IMG/VR virus record: IMGVR_UViG_3300042860_003408
Location: 21,866-85,865 of that record
Source: a virus
Direction: 5' to 3' (one strand)
DNA: 64,000 nt
Below, in pieces: positions 31,701 through 41,895 of this stretch. Each line of letters opens with the position of its first letter. Positions within the stretch are counted from its first letter, which is position 1. Both the position numbers and the translations under genes were made by a program. The notes under the pieces were generated by a model. It ran no database searches. It was not told the origin of the DNA and saw only the letters and a program-made list of their open reading frames with translations.

Positions 31701-34700
31701 GCTACAATGAATAGGGTTCTTTCTGGATTGAAATCTAAGCTGCATACAGCAGAGAGAAGTAAGAACGTTACTCAGTCCTATCTAGACTCATTGAAATTGC
31801 TAATAAAGGACGTTGAAAAACACGAGGCGATGGTTGGCATGATTAAATTTATAGAATTCTCTGCAAATGAAATCAAAGACGTAAGAGTCAAGCTTGATAA
31901 GATGGTAGTCCTTAAGAACACAGGCAAATGGCTTGATGATGAGCAGTTATTCGATATATCTAAGAACTTCCTATCTATGTATGACTCAGCAACAGCTGCT
32001 ATTAGTACAATTATAAACGACTCTCCGTCTATAGCCAAGGGCTTCCCAAAAGAAGATATAGATAGTCTTATTGCCACCGTAAGAAAGATTAGGTCTGAGA
32101 TTGATGATATCAAGTCAATGCTTATCGGGCTAAATGAATATCAATATGTCAATACTATAAAGAGAGAGGGGTTAAATTATAGATCCACTACAGTTAAAGG
32201 TATAACCAAGAAATCTTCAGACACTTCAGAGCAGACTGTATTTAGCGAGAGCGACGACATAGGTCAATTAACAATGCTTGTAGGTGCGATGGTGATGTCT
32301 CCTAAGGAGCAGCATAGAATACTATTTGCCAAGGTTGAGGAGGCTAAGATGAACGCTAGACGCACAATGGAGACTGATGGTGTGATTCTTGGTTTAAAAG
32401 AAAAATGGGACGCTGTTAGAGCTAAGAGAAAGTACGCTACATTCTCTAGATATATGGAGAAAAATGACAATGGCAAAACAACTGGATATCTTCTGTCTGA
32501 CTTAAAGTATGGTTCGTTCTACAAGAACTACGATATCTTTATGAATGACCTTAATTTCAGATACGGATTAACTGGTCATGGAGCAATTCCTATTGATGAA
32601 AAAGAAGCCGCTGAATTCCAAAAAGAAAAGAATGCTTGGATGGAGGCTAACGTTGAGCGCATATTCACTCCTGAGTATTATAAGCTAAGAGAGAATATAA
32701 GTCCTTCAACACAAGAGCTTATGACAGAATATGATGACATACTTAGATCTTTTTATTCTAAATTCAGAGATGAGAATGGAATAATAAGGACTGAAAGAAT
32801 GACCCTTGAAGATAAGGAAAGCTTGTTCGACATAAAGAAGAGAAAAGAAGCCTTATCTATGCTTACATACGCTGATGGTACCCCTAAGACTGTAGGTTCA
32901 TACGATTATAATGTAGCGATAGAACTTCAAGAATTCTACAAAGCTACCACTGATGGTATAAAATACAAATTCAATGTAGATGCATTTGAACGAGCCAAGG
33001 AAAACGCAAGAAAGACTTTGACTGCAGCTGAGTTCAAGGAATGGATGAAAGAGAATACTACCGTAAGACTTAAAGATGAGTTTTACGAGATGATTTCTTC
33101 ATCTGCCAATGAAATGCAATCTGAGAAATGGAAAGAACTCTACCAAATAAGAAAAGACCTACTTAAGTATAATAGAGATATGAATACTATGGAGGTTATA
33201 GGTACAAGGGTTGAGGCTAATAAGCACATAGCTGAGCTAATAAAAAGAATAGATAAAAAACTATCAGACACTCGAGTTAAGACAACATCTACTGCTAGAT
33301 TTAAATTTAAAGATATAGCGGAGGTTGTTCCTAATCAAGCCTATAATAGTGAAATAGAGAGATTATCAGCAGATAAATCATCGGCTGGCGTTAATGCTCT
33401 GAATGAATTTAAAAAGAATTCAGGGTATTATAATAAAAAAGGTAAATTTACTCTATATTCTCACTGGTCAAAAATAGTTCCAAAGAATAAGTCGTTTATA
33501 GAGATCTCTCCGAACTTCATATGGCAAGAGCTAGACGAAAGTTCTCCATTATATAATAAGGATTATGATAAGTCTAGAGAGAAATATGGTATGCAACCAA
33601 AACGCTCAATGTATGATAACTCTAAGGAATATAATAGATTAACTTCAAACAAAGAAGATAAGGAATTTTTAGAAGCGTATAGAAGTGCTATGCAAAAAGC
33701 AAATGAGAACTACTTCTATATGAATAGGTCTAATCCAAATAGATTGCCTCAAATATCTACATCATTCTTTGCAAAGGTTGTTAGAGGCAGCAATTGGATA
33801 TCTGGATTTATAAAAGCGTTGAAAGACTCTATGAATTATATGCCTGAGGATTTATTTATTGGGGATTCAGATTCGAGTGGTAAATATTATGCCGACGGCA
33901 CAGCTGTTAAGCATATACCAACTAGATATAGAACGATGCTTGAGGATACAAATATGATATCCAGGGATTTACTTGGCTCATTTGCTATGTATTACTCGTC
34001 ATCTCTTAATTTCGTTGAGATGTCTAAGGTTCGTGGAACCATAGAAACTATACTAGAAGGGCTTAGAAATGTTCAGATACATGATCCAAAAGGGAAAGAG
34101 GTTAAGACTGGCGGTAGAATGTACCAAAAAGCCGCAGAGTTTGTTAACTCAGAAGTTTATGGTGATGATAAAGTAAGCGCACTTGAATTCTCAATATCTA
34201 GAGGCAATATCGCTACGTCACTATATAATATGATTAGGCGAATGTTTAACAAAGAAAAAGTTACTTCTGGTAGAATCGGCTCCGTATCTGTAGACAAGTT
34301 TATAAAGGCAATAATATCTTATACTAGGATAGTCAATCTTGGATATAATATAAAATCTATATTCAGTAACTTTGGTGGTGCTAAGGTTCAGCAAAAAATA
34401 GAAGCATCAATGGGCTCATTCTTTACAGAAAAAGGACTTATGTTTGCTAATAAAGAAATAGCTCTACGTTTGCCTAGCATAGTAGCTTCATCCACTAATA
34501 GAAGCAATGATAAGATAACGTCTCTTATGAGATATTTTGGCATTACAAGAAGCAACGAGTCGGATATGAAAAACTTGCATGGATGGAAATTTGCAAGATA
34601 TGTAGAAGATAAATTCTGGTATGGCCCATACGAGGCTGGCGACTTTGCAATAAAGGCTCCGTCTATGATAGCTATACTAGACAACTTTAGGTTGTATGAA

Positions 34701-35804
34701 GGTGAATTTTATAGTAGAGAGCAATTCTTAACTAGATTTTTCCCTGGCGCTCAAAGAAAAGAAGGGGCTAGGGAATGGGATTTGATAAAAGATACACTAT
34801 ACTCTGCATACAGCGTTGCTGACAACAATCTAGTAATAGATCCAAAATATGCTGAATATATAACTCCAGAGCTAGAAAATCAAGTAAGCTTACTTTCAGC
34901 ATCTATGTCTCGTAAATTAGATGGATCGTTAACTGGAACAGAGAGAACTGCAGCACATAGAAATCTAGTTGGCTCAATGATGCTTTTACATAAGAATTAC
35001 TTATTGTGGGCAATCCAAGATAGGTTCCATCCAAAAATGTATAGGTACGATCTAGGGGTAGAGACTAGTGGTATCTATAGATGGGGTAATTTAAAGACGG
35101 CTCCAAAAATATGGATGAATATGTTGTTCATGAAAATGTCAAATGTCAACGAGAAATACGAGTACAGTCAAAGGTACTCAGCACAAAGGCTTGCTAAGGA
35201 ATTCACGTTCTTTATAGCATTGTCTGCTGCAGCAACTATATTTAGCAAGTACGCAATCGGGGACGATGATGATAAGATAAAAGAGTCATGGGAGATGTTA
35301 ATATATTTATTGATGGCTCGTGTTACTATGGAGGTTGGTGCCATGATGTCTCCATCCGATGTTTATAATCTGCAGAAAGAACCATTTGGTACTATAGGTA
35401 TAATTACACAAGGCAGAGAGATATTAGATATGGTTGGAGATGGTTCTTATGGAGACATAGTTAGAACCGGACACTATGAAGGCTTTAGGAAGATAGATAA
35501 ATCATTATTGAAAATCATACCTATAGCTAAGCAATATCAACCATACATTGGAAATCCCAACTTTAAGAAAGATGATGCGTTTCTAAATGAAAGTATGTTT
35601 ATACCATATAGTAGGGTTAGAGATTTTATTTGGCCTGAAAACTGGAATGCAAGAGCTAGAGAGAAATCTAAGCAATTGCTTCAAAAGAAACAAGACAAAG
35701 AAAATATGCTAAGAGATGCAGGCGTAGATCCTGAAGAAATAAAAAGAATGAGAAAAAAATCTGAACACATTCGGGATTCTATAAAAAGAGAATACGGTTA
35801 TTAA
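28773..35804 (+). CDS. Large polyvalent internal virion protein (P-loop, ART-PolyVal-like and zincin-like domains)
   Basis: 2343 aa. N-terminal CPN motif; GHPTIGKS P-loop (29436-29459); VYHG...GFF...NP...DGII...YVVF..QI ART-like domain (~29925-30419); HEMFGH (30702-30719); long helical C-terminal region with hydrophobic segments. Confidence 0.7.
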   Translation: MCPNINDKKIRNDFNKIVQAFGGRPMTIDEFKYKELRDERSGVDDFAMQHAYAVWDKTNGEPNLDTPDILNYSKFVLSGDKKYKAEYEKNVNNGAGILPISTNRDLYKELNLLNDDGNILTFPYSKFPDNEKGEAKFIEEVFNKKSSRNDIQGKYSLSFKKSPNSKGRVIWITKLDEPKELQGEIDFDTPVYSTQERLSDLSEADEIIVSNSIKQTDVVLFGHPTIGKSFLKNNGADSFISLDDDYAEEINREVSAIAIKYKVAEHLVKDGGNMQWNVEYNDMMQRLFDAAKKEAALSGKMLFTSNTNLLRNNSSSFDRVINLTDKEFKDRANARGVKYDINEWKAQINEVVSKFPKEKVITTDKYLSDLLPKKSTGNDSGINTVFEQNPELSKIGTKEQYSRYLETIFPDSKVKDIVYHGGSPAADFNNPEFGTSGFHGFFATIKSVADEFANRWTRNKGTTGKTKAILVNIQNPDITDKLYQGEYKESVEYIKAKINEGSNDGIIATNTNDKFSDKLGSYDQYVVFDKEQIHILGSKQDIEGFKAFVKTTDSKAISATQNNEDRLTSMSAEKVAQNVSKRQIKAIVRIADDLSRRFGVKFNVMNRNTSMFYGVSKSMNTGAYYKAGGAVFFYDTIKPSYIIHEMFGHPMMFALRASSDPKHREIYDALLAEAMKNTEIVNAVNNSYIDDAKTIKTYDDEVVGDEIIIRSIEKEYNNRENRKIAYLWSRALRALTETIKRIFGNNSIPTDINPYISIGDMLDYVLYGKNAVDILSLEDKDLMAKSVDSITNEIKGINGANIAIAEFLNLFKSDTSKQRAIEHGINEYSIEKENDCAYILASFSHQLYKMSISRDIIVEDGKTGNRFEFKKVDDIYQFPTDDTLYGLKNSHVIAFLRAASRLGDGAITIKSDRTEFIGVIMRFTPSMLVSKIDENTVVLFPVDRMADIGPDSFNVSYRMLDSEMVTSDELSKSTAMATMNRVLSGLKSKLHTAERSKNVTQSYLDSLKLLIKDVEKHEAMVGMIKFIEFSANEIKDVRVKLDKMVVLKNTGKWLDDEQLFDISKNFLSMYDSATAAISTIINDSPSIAKGFPKEDIDSLIATVRKIRSEIDDIKSMLIGLNEYQYVNTIKREGLNYRSTTVKGITKKSSDTSEQTVFSESDDIGQLTMLVGAMVMSPKEQHRILFAKVEEAKMNARRTMETDGVILGLKEKWDAVRAKRKYATFSRYMEKNDNGKTTGYLLSDLKYGSFYKNYDIFMNDLNFRYGLTGHGAIPIDEKEAAEFQKEKNAWMEANVERIFTPEYYKLRENISPSTQELMTEYDDILRSFYSKFRDENGIIRTERMTLEDKESLFDIKKRKEALSMLTYADGTPKTVGSYDYNVAIELQEFYKATTDGIKYKFNVDAFERAKENARKTLTAAEFKEWMKENTTVRLKDEFYEMISSSANEMQSEKWKELYQIRKDLLKYNRDMNTMEVIGTRVEANKHIAELIKRIDKKLSDTRVKTTSTARFKFKDIAEVVPNQAYNSEIERLSADKSSAGVNALNEFKKNSGYYNKKGKFTLYSHWSKIVPKNKSFIEISPNFIWQELDESSPLYNKDYDKSREKYGMQPKRSMYDNSKEYNRLTSNKEDKEFLEAYRSAMQKANENYFYMNRSNPNRLPQISTSFFAKVVRGSNWISGFIKALKDSMNYMPEDLFIGDSDSSGKYYADGTAVKHIPTRYRTMLEDTNMISRDLLGSFAMYYSSSLNFVEMSKVRGTIETILEGLRNVQIHDPKGKEVKTGGRMYQKAAEFVNSEVYGDDKVSALEFSISRGNIATSLYNMIRRMFNKEKVTSGRIGSVSVDKFIKAIISYTRIVNLGYNIKSIFSNFGGAKVQQKIEASMGSFFTEKGLMFANKEIALRLPSIVASSTNRSNDKITSLMRYFGITRSNESDMKNLHGWKFARYVEDKFWYGPYEAGDFAIKAPSMIAILDNFRLYEGEFYSREQFLTRFFPGAQRKEGAREWDLIKDTLYSAYSVADNNLVIDPKYAEYITPELENQVSLLSASMSRKLDGSLTGTERTAAHRNLVGSMMLLHKNYLLWAIQDRFHPKMYRYDLGVETSGIYRWGNLKTAPKIWMNMLFMKMSNVNEKYEYSQRYSAQRLAKEFTFFIALSAAATIFSKYAIGDDDDKIKESWEMLIYLLMARVTMEVGAMMSPSDVYNLQKEPFGTIGIITQGREILDMVGDGSYGDIVRTGHYEGFRKIDKSLLKIIPIAKQYQPYIGNPNFKKDDAFLNESMFIPYSRVRDFIWPENWNARAREKSKQLLQKKQDKENMLRDAGVDPEEIKRMRKKSEHIRDSIKREYGY
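30404..30530 (+). repeat. Dispersed phased element E4
   Basis: TTTAAGGC..TTCTAAGGCGATTTCAGCC ... GAAAGTG (30491-30497) GCTCAGAACGTCTCTAAACGCC. Confidence 0.55.
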
Positions 35805-35839
35805 TTTTGCGGTTACAACAATATAACTAGCAACAAGAC

Positions 35840-35884
35840 AAAAAAAAGACTACTATTGAGTAAAATCAGTAATAGTCTTTTTTT
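35840..35884. terminator. Bidirectional intrinsic terminator at the convergence of the two gene blocks
   Basis: A-run + GACTACTATTGA-GTAAAA-TCAGTAATAGTC imperfect hairpin + T-run, between convergent stops at 35804 and 35888. Confidence 0.8.
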
Positions 35885-35887
35885 ATT

Positions 35888-36478
35888 TTAAGCCAACTTG
35901 ATACCTTTTAGAGAATCAATTAAAGCGCTATCAAATTCATCAATATATGCTGTTGCTAAATCAAACTTCTTATCTTTCAATTGCAATACATCATTAGACG
36001 TTTTAATAGGCTCTATAGCAGATACCATTAAGGCATTATAGAGATTCGAATTAAATGTTGAATTCCAAAAGCTTAATATCTTCTTTTTTATTTCTACATC
36101 AATTTCGAAGTACTTGTTTAGCTTAACTTTCTCATAGGTTTCAATATATTTTTCTATTATAGAGAATGAGTATACATCTAAAAATGTAGGCTCATTTTCT
36201 TTATCAGAAAATCTAGCAGAATATTTTGATTTAAAATTTTCGTTTTCCTCAAATTGGTCAATCTTTAATCTACTGGACATCTCCGTATTAATTGCAACTT
36301 TAAATGAGTTTTCTATATCAGGTGTATTTAAATCATAAATATACCCATTATAGACAGCGTGGCAGTCATTTTTAAGCAAAGACCACCAATCTGCATATTT
36401 ATCAAATATTAGCGGCAATAATAAATAAAAAGATAGATTAAGACCATCAGGAAATTGTTTCAATTCCATCATTTTCAT
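35888..36478 (-). CDS. Hypothetical protein
   Basis: 196-aa ORF overlapping the end of the nuclease gene; no motif recognised. Confidence 0.7.
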   Translation of the reverse strand: MKMMELKQFPDGLNLSFYLLLPLIFDKYADWWSLLKNDCHAVYNGYIYDLNTPDIENSFKVAINTEMSSRLKIDQFEENENFKSKYSARFSDKENEPTFLDVYSFSIIEKYIETYEKVKLNKYFEIDVEIKKKILSFWNSTFNSNLYNALMVSAIEPIKTSNDVLQLKDKKFDLATAYIDEFDSALIDSLKGIKLA

Positions 36479-37442
36479 AATATTCTCTCCTATAATCCCA
36501 TAAATTATTGACTGTATGCCAATGTATTTCTGAGATAGTTTTATTTATTCTTGGTATTTCTGGTTCTAATAATTCAGGACTTACAGAGAAAACTCTACAG
36601 TCATATGGACTATTATTTTTGATTGCAACTATGTACGTCTCAAACGACCAATCAGAAAGGTCGACTTCTTTTATGTTTTTCATATACCAAATTATAGCCA
36701 TCCAGTAAAAAGCCATTTGACCTGCATATTCATACTCTACAAACGATTTTTTAAAGTTTGAGGTGTCTACAGTGGTCTTTATGTCTATTAGTTGAATCAC
36801 TTTATTTTCTTCATCAACAGTTAATCTGTCAATTAATGATTTGCATTGGTATACTATGTTGTCTTCTAACTTATACTCCCAGTTTATATGGAATTCGTTT
36901 TTAGCCCAGAATTTATCAGAGTCTTCTCTAAATAGCAATTCTTTGGCTTTTTTGTGTAATAACACGTTTTCTTTTGTTATTTTAAGACCATTTAACTCAG
37001 CCCAACTCATCGTTTTCACTGAATTTGACTCTGACCTCAAGAACTTAATGTACTGCTTCAATTTTAAGGCCATTTCTAGCCCCTTAGCGGCACTTTCTTC
37101 GTCTTTCTTACCTGTAGTACTATAGTTATTTTTAAATGCCTCTAAGGCCTTTAAAATAGGCTTCTCGGCCTTGCTATTAATATAGTCTTGACAGAATTTC
37201 TTTTGTTGCGCAGAGCTTGGTGTTTCAAAAGTTAATACCTTGTATTCTTTCTTGAACTCCTCCTGCTGTAGTAGATACATATGAGTCATTATGCCCTTAT
37301 CTATATACTTTCCTTTTAATCCCCCGTCTTTCCCATCTAACATATCTCGGTAGTCTTTAGGCGATATTTCAAATCGCTTAAGACCACTTCTTGAGATACG
37401 TGAATTGTCATCATAATAAGGGATAGTTATATCCATTGTCAT
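36447..37442 (-). CDS. PD-(D/E)XK (RecB-like) exonuclease
   Basis: ISRSGLK, G...H, E..I.W, CKSLIDRL...IDIKTT and Y..QMAFY motifs. Confidence 0.85.
   Translation of the reverse strand: MTMDITIPYYDDNSRISRSGLKRFEISPKDYRDMLDGKDGGLKGKYIDKGIMTHMYLLQQEEFKKEYKVLTFETPSSAQQKKFCQDYINSKAEKPILKALEAFKNNYSTTGKKDEESAAKGLEMALKLKQYIKFLRSESNSVKTMSWAELNGLKITKENVLLHKKAKELLFREDSDKFWAKNEFHINWEYKLEDNIVYQCKSLIDRLTVDEENKVIQLIDIKTTVDTSNFKKSFVEYEYAGQMAFYWMAIIWYMKNIKEVDLSDWSFETYIVAIKNNSPYDCRVFSVSPELLEPEIPRINKTISEIHWHTVNNLWDYRREYYENDGIETIS
37061..37170 (-). repeat. Dispersed phased element E5
   Basis: Minus strand AAGCCTATTTTAAAGGCCTTAGAGGC ... GAAAGTGCCGCTAAGGGGCTAGAAATGGCCTTAAAA. Confidence 0.65.
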
Positions 37443-37444
37443 AA

Positions 37445-37750
37445 TTACGCTGCCATTTTTTCACCAAAGAATTCTTCATACATTACTGTAATCTCTTCCT
37501 TAGTTTTAATTGCATTTCTTTTTTTGTTTCGAATTTGAAGTAATTTGTTCAAATCAACATTTTCAATATTCTCCATTGCTTTATTGAAATCATTTTCAGA
37601 TTCAATAATGGCATCTTCCAGCGAGTCATAAGACGATTGAAATTTGCGTTTAAACGCTCTTTCTACTAATGGCTCTTTCAACTTTTTCATGACATCTTCA
37701 GTCATGTTATAGAACTTTTTAAATAAAGTTACTTCTTTTTTTTCTGACAT
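37445..37750 (-). CDS. Hypothetical coiled-coil protein
   Basis: 101-aa ORF tightly packed with its neighbours. Confidence 0.7.
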   Translation of the reverse strand: MSEKKEVTLFKKFYNMTEDVMKKLKEPLVERAFKRKFQSSYDSLEDAIIESENDFNKAMENIENVDLNKLLQIRNKKRNAIKTKEEITVMYEEFFGEKMAA

Positions 37751-37754
37751 AATT

Positions 37755-38075
37755 TTAAAAATTTTGATTTACTTTTTCAAATGTTTCAAATTCAATTATT
37801 GTGATCTTAATAACATCTGTTTTTTGAGGTTGCTTTTCAGCAGTTTTTGTGTTCCAATTCGGTATAAACCCACTGAACGATCCGCCAATTGAGACAAATC
37901 CAGAATACCCTGTTGATGCATTTATATTCTTATCTCCTACTGTACCATTATATTGATTAGTACAAACAATAAAAGTACCAGGCTTATGCTCATATATACA
38001 TCCTGCATATCCATTTATTGTTCCAAAAAGCATGGTTCCAGGGCTAATTCCTCTAAATATTTCACTAACACTCAT
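37755..38075 (-). CDS. Hypothetical protein
   Basis: 106-aa ORF with operon-like packing. Confidence 0.6.
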   Translation of the reverse strand: MSVSEIFRGISPGTMLFGTINGYAGCIYEHKPGTFIVCTNQYNGTVGDKNINASTGYSGFVSIGGSFSGFIPNWNTKTAEKQPQKTDVIKITIIEFETFEKVNQNF

Positions 38076-38102
38076 TTCATTCCTTCTATAATTAAATAAG
38101 TT

Positions 38103-38124
38103 GCGAGCAGATTTCTCTGCCCGC
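38103..38124 (-). terminator. Intergenic GC-rich hairpin (possible terminator or processing stem)
   Basis: Minus strand GCGGGCAGA-GAAA-TCTGCTCGC with a GNRA loop; weak U tail. Confidence 0.45.
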
Positions 38125-38152
38125 TTCCAAATATTGCGAGTATTCGGAGTTG

Positions 38153-39385
38153 TTATTTTTTGATATATGATTCTATACTTTCTACATAAACAGCATCAGA
38201 TTTTTTAATCCATCTGTTATATAGTCTACACAAAACATATATTGTTCCGTTATCTTCTAGTTCGATATTTTTAATTATCTCACCGTCGTCTTCTATTTCC
38301 GCATTGCATTCTTTTTCGTTGCAGAAAGTGAAGTTATCGTAAGTCATATAGGCTATATCGCCTATTTTTCCGCATTCTGGACATACAGCTTTTTCTACTT
38401 CAATATATTCATCTCTGATTAAATTATAGTATCCGCTCTCCAATATTTCCTCAAACATTAACGACTGTTCTTTTCCTGAAACCTCTACGGCATTCATCTT
38501 CAGCAATGTTCTAGTAAAGAAATTCGATTCTAATACCTTATTTTTGCGTTTAGATTTTCCTGCTGGAAGCGCATACCTACTCGAAGGGATATATGTCACT
38601 ACTTCTTTCTTGTGATCATATCTTGTATTTCCCATTGTATTGAAAATATCAGATATCATAAGATATGTATTATCCAATACTTTGATATTTACTGTTTCGA
38701 ACCCACTGTGTGGTTCAAAATAACCAGAAGATATATTGGCTGCAGAAACTTCAAGCCCATTTCTTTTTAGCGCACCAACATCTGTCGATGTGCCGTAATT
38801 TGGAGAAAATCCATATTTTGTATAAATTTCGCTTGAATCCTTTTTGAATTTATCACTTGCAATGGTTAACCCATTTGTATGTGTAATAAAATCAGACGAA
38901 CCCTTTCTGTCCAATTGCAATACCATGTTACAGTCTTTGAAGAACTTCATGTTTGCAGCAGAAGATCCGTTGCATCCTGTTTCCTCAAATCTGAAAAATA
39001 CAGATTTAATATTATCAAAATCTGACATAGCTTGAAGACAAGCGTATACTCCGCATTTATCATCTCCTCCAACGCCAACTTGGCAAATATCAGATTGATT
39101 GTATGCGGTTCTCTCTTTTTCTGCTATCGCAAATAAAGTGTCTTCAAATATATATATTTTTCTGTTTTTGCACATCTGATGGACTGTATCTGTGTGAGAC
39201 ACTATACATTTATATCCATTCTCTCCAGATCCTTTAGTAGCATAAATGTTTCCAAATGAATCTTTTTCAATAGATACTCCATCTATCTTTGACAGATACT
39301 TCTCTATGAATTCGTTTATCAACTTGTCTTCCTTTACGGTTGACTGTATTGATAATACTTTTATTAATAAATCTTTGTTTATCAT
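38153..39385 (-). CDS. M20/M28-family zinc peptidase with C-terminal Cys-rich region
   Basis: GNIYATKG, SHTDTV, GGDDKCG, EETG..GS, DR.G..D, TDV and SGYFEPH motifs; CPECG...FCNEKEC at the C-terminus. Confidence 0.85.
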   Translation of the reverse strand: MINKDLLIKVLSIQSTVKEDKLINEFIEKYLSKIDGVSIEKDSFGNIYATKGSGENGYKCIVSHTDTVHQMCKNRKIYIFEDTLFAIAEKERTAYNQSDICQVGVGGDDKCGVYACLQAMSDFDNIKSVFFRFEETGCNGSSAANMKFFKDCNMVLQLDRKGSSDFITHTNGLTIASDKFKKDSSEIYTKYGFSPNYGTSTDVGALKRNGLEVSAANISSGYFEPHSGFETVNIKVLDNTYLMISDIFNTMGNTRYDHKKEVVTYIPSSRYALPAGKSKRKNKVLESNFFTRTLLKMNAVEVSGKEQSLMFEEILESGYYNLIRDEYIEVEKAVCPECGKIGDIAYMTYDNFTFCNEKECNAEIEDDGEIIKNIELEDNGTIYVLCRLYNRWIKKSDAVYVESIESYIKK

Positions 39386-41895
39386 TCTTGTACTAAATCT
39401 TTTAATTTGATTAATAGCGCTCTATATTTGAATGAAAAATATAATTCTTCATTTATCATAGACAAAGAAGATACAGTTTTCAATGTATAATCAGAAGAGT
39501 TCGCTATTTCTTTTTGAAGTGCCAATATTTCATTTTCATATCTTCCTCTTGTAGAGAGAATTGCTTCTTTCGATACAGACAGCTCTTTTGCAGTATACCC
39601 AGACAATAACATTACTTTTGCAACGTACTTATCGATATTCTTTTCTGCAAGCTTTATAATAGCCTTTCTGTTTGCATTATATAGATTAGACTCTAAAATC
39701 GGACCAATTATAGACAGTTGCTCTATCGCTTTAATTTCAATTTCTGTTGGATTTTTTGGAACAACTACTGTTAGTTTTGATTTCAATAATTGCAACGACA
39801 TGGTTGTACACGTTTCGTCATAATAAATTTTCTCAGCATCTGATATGGTCGTAGCTCCATAAATACAAGGCCTGTAAGAAACATCGCAATTGTGAGAAAA
39901 TAAAAATTCATGAATTCTATATTGCAATTCTCCGAATGAAGTATCCATTTTAATAAAATTTAACTTTGAATTAAATTCATATTTTCCACGAGTTCCTGTC
40001 GACAAAAAATCTTTTGTAACTGGTCCTTTAAGCATAGTCCCGTCTTCTGTCTGCAGGCCTCCTGAATTTATAATAATAACCTTGTTGTCAGTCATTAATT
40101 TAATATGCCTATTACATACAGCGCCTAATTCCAATTCAGTTAAATTACTCTTACTGCTCAGTACGGCTCCACAAATCTTACATGTGCGTTGTTTTGCGGC
40201 CTCTATGTATAATTCTGGACTATTGATATTTATAGCTCCAATTGGAAGTGAAATATCGTTTTTTCCAACTGCAGATGAAGTTGCTACAGCTAAACCGTCT
40301 TTATTTACAAGAACAGTGCTTAAACTGTCAAAATAAGGCATCTCTAGGGCTGCGTTTAAATTTGAAATTTTAATTTTTGGGAAGCCGCTTCTAAGGTGTC
40401 CTGCTATTCCTGATTCATTTGAATGAACAAGATTACAATTCTTAAGACCTTGTAGATATGCTACCATTGAATTATACGTACTGCTATCGGTGTAGTAAAG
40501 TCTGTCTGCGTACATTTTCTTTGTTTCTTTATCAAACCAAATTAATGCGCGACCTTTAATTTTTGTTAGATCCTCGTCAAGCCGTATATACAACTTAACA
40601 AGTTCTTTGTTTTTTGCATAAAACATAATTTTCTCCTTTTGCTCTGGATATCTCATACATGAGTTCCATAATGTGCCGCCATACGATGCACTATAAGAAG
40701 AGCTATTGTAATATTTGATTATATCATCTCCTTCTACAATTATGTTTTTTACATTATTTCTTTCTGCTAACGCTTTCTTATCTAATTCAATCTTTTCATT
40801 AATTTTTTCGATAAATTTATTCGTCTCAGAAACAACTTCAATTATCTTATTGCAATAATCAATATCACTGCATTTCGATTCAATTGGAGCTCTATATTTT
40901 ACGACAATTTGATTGCCGGTATATGTGTTTAATTCCGTTTTTTCTCTTACTTCGGTATTTTTTAAAAAATATTCTAGGTTATTCTCCATAAAATCAAATG
41001 TATTCGATATTATATTTGATATAGAATATTCAGAAAAGAACTTTTGCTTTACTTCTTTTTTAAATATATTTTCTGTGAATATAGCGGTATTTTTTAAATA
41101 CTCATCTATATACGTTAATATAACTTCGAATTCTTTAAGTTTTATAGCTATTTTATCTCCATGATTCTTTGAATATGAAGCATAATATCTTTCTGATACT
41201 TGTTTTGCTATTTTCTTTGTCTTTGATTTAGATATTGTCGTACCTATAATACTTGAGCGAAATGGGTCCATGTAGGATATCATGTGTCTAATAATCATAA
41301 TATCTATCATTTCATCACTTAATATCTCATAGAATCTAATTTCTTTCTTCTCTGTAGAGTCAGAATAAATTTTATTTGCGAAACAAGAAGCTATCCTGTT
41401 TAAGTTCGTAGTCATCTCTCCAAACTCATGTATTAATGAAGAAAAGATTAATGCCGAAAACTTAGACTTAGATATTGCTGTTATTTTTGACGAATCAGAA
41501 TCAGATATATAATCAAAGAAATTTAAATTCGAAGATTTAATATACCTTGTTTTTATAGCTCCATTTTTTAGTTTTTTTGATATGTAATCATTTTTATATG
41601 ATAATAATAGATTAGAAAAATTATTAGAAAGAACTAATTCTAGTGATTTATTATCACTTTTATAATAGTCATTTACAACATTCTCTGTATATACATTTAT
41701 TTTATCAAGAAAGCTAAACAATTTTGTTAAAAAAACAACATGATTATGCTTCTTTTTAGCCTTATTCTCTTCTATGATTTTATCTTTTGATTTATAAAAT
41801 CCATAAATTCCCATATTGCGAATAACAGCGCTAAATTCTCTTGCAATCAACAGTTGTTCGTTGATATGTTGCATTGTTATAATACTACTGCACAT
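39382..41895 (-). CDS. Large hypothetical protein with NSCMR...GRALIW...DRLY domain
   Basis: 837 aa with LWNSCMRY...IKGRALIW...YADRLY followed by CKICG...VCNRH; ATGA overlap with the peptidase gene. Confidence 0.6.
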   Translation of the reverse strand: MCSSIITMQHINEQLLIAREFSAVIRNMGIYGFYKSKDKIIEENKAKKKHNHVVFLTKLFSFLDKINVYTENVVNDYYKSDNKSLELVLSNNFSNLLLSYKNDYISKKLKNGAIKTRYIKSSNLNFFDYISDSDSSKITAISKSKFSALIFSSLIHEFGEMTTNLNRIASCFANKIYSDSTEKKEIRFYEILSDEMIDIMIIRHMISYMDPFRSSIIGTTISKSKTKKIAKQVSERYYASYSKNHGDKIAIKLKEFEVILTYIDEYLKNTAIFTENIFKKEVKQKFFSEYSISNIISNTFDFMENNLEYFLKNTEVREKTELNTYTGNQIVVKYRAPIESKCSDIDYCNKIIEVVSETNKFIEKINEKIELDKKALAERNNVKNIIVEGDDIIKYYNSSSYSASYGGTLWNSCMRYPEQKEKIMFYAKNKELVKLYIRLDEDLTKIKGRALIWFDKETKKMYADRLYYTDSSTYNSMVAYLQGLKNCNLVHSNESGIAGHLRSGFPKIKISNLNAALEMPYFDSLSTVLVNKDGLAVATSSAVGKNDISLPIGAININSPELYIEAAKQRTCKICGAVLSSKSNLTELELGAVCNRHIKLMTDNKVIIINSGGLQTEDGTMLKGPVTKDFLSTGTRGKYEFNSKLNFIKMDTSFGELQYRIHEFLFSHNCDVSYRPCIYGATTISDAEKIYYDETCTTMSLQLLKSKLTVVVPKNPTEIEIKAIEQLSIIGPILESNLYNANRKAIIKLAEKNIDKYVAKVMLLSGYTAKELSVSKEAILSTRGRYENEILALQKEIANSSDYTLKTVSSLSMINEELYFSFKYRALLIKLKDLVQE

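Noticed and set aside
1127-34684. Many 60-160-aa minus-strand ORFs within the virion genes, and + strand ORFs within the minus block
   Set aside because: Antisense shadows of long genes with Ser/Leu/Ile/Phe-biased composition and no motifs.
36447-37442. Cas4 / CRISPR system
   Set aside because: No four-Cys cluster pattern, no other cas genes and no repeat-spacer array; the direct repeats at 49 kb and 61 kb have only two copies.
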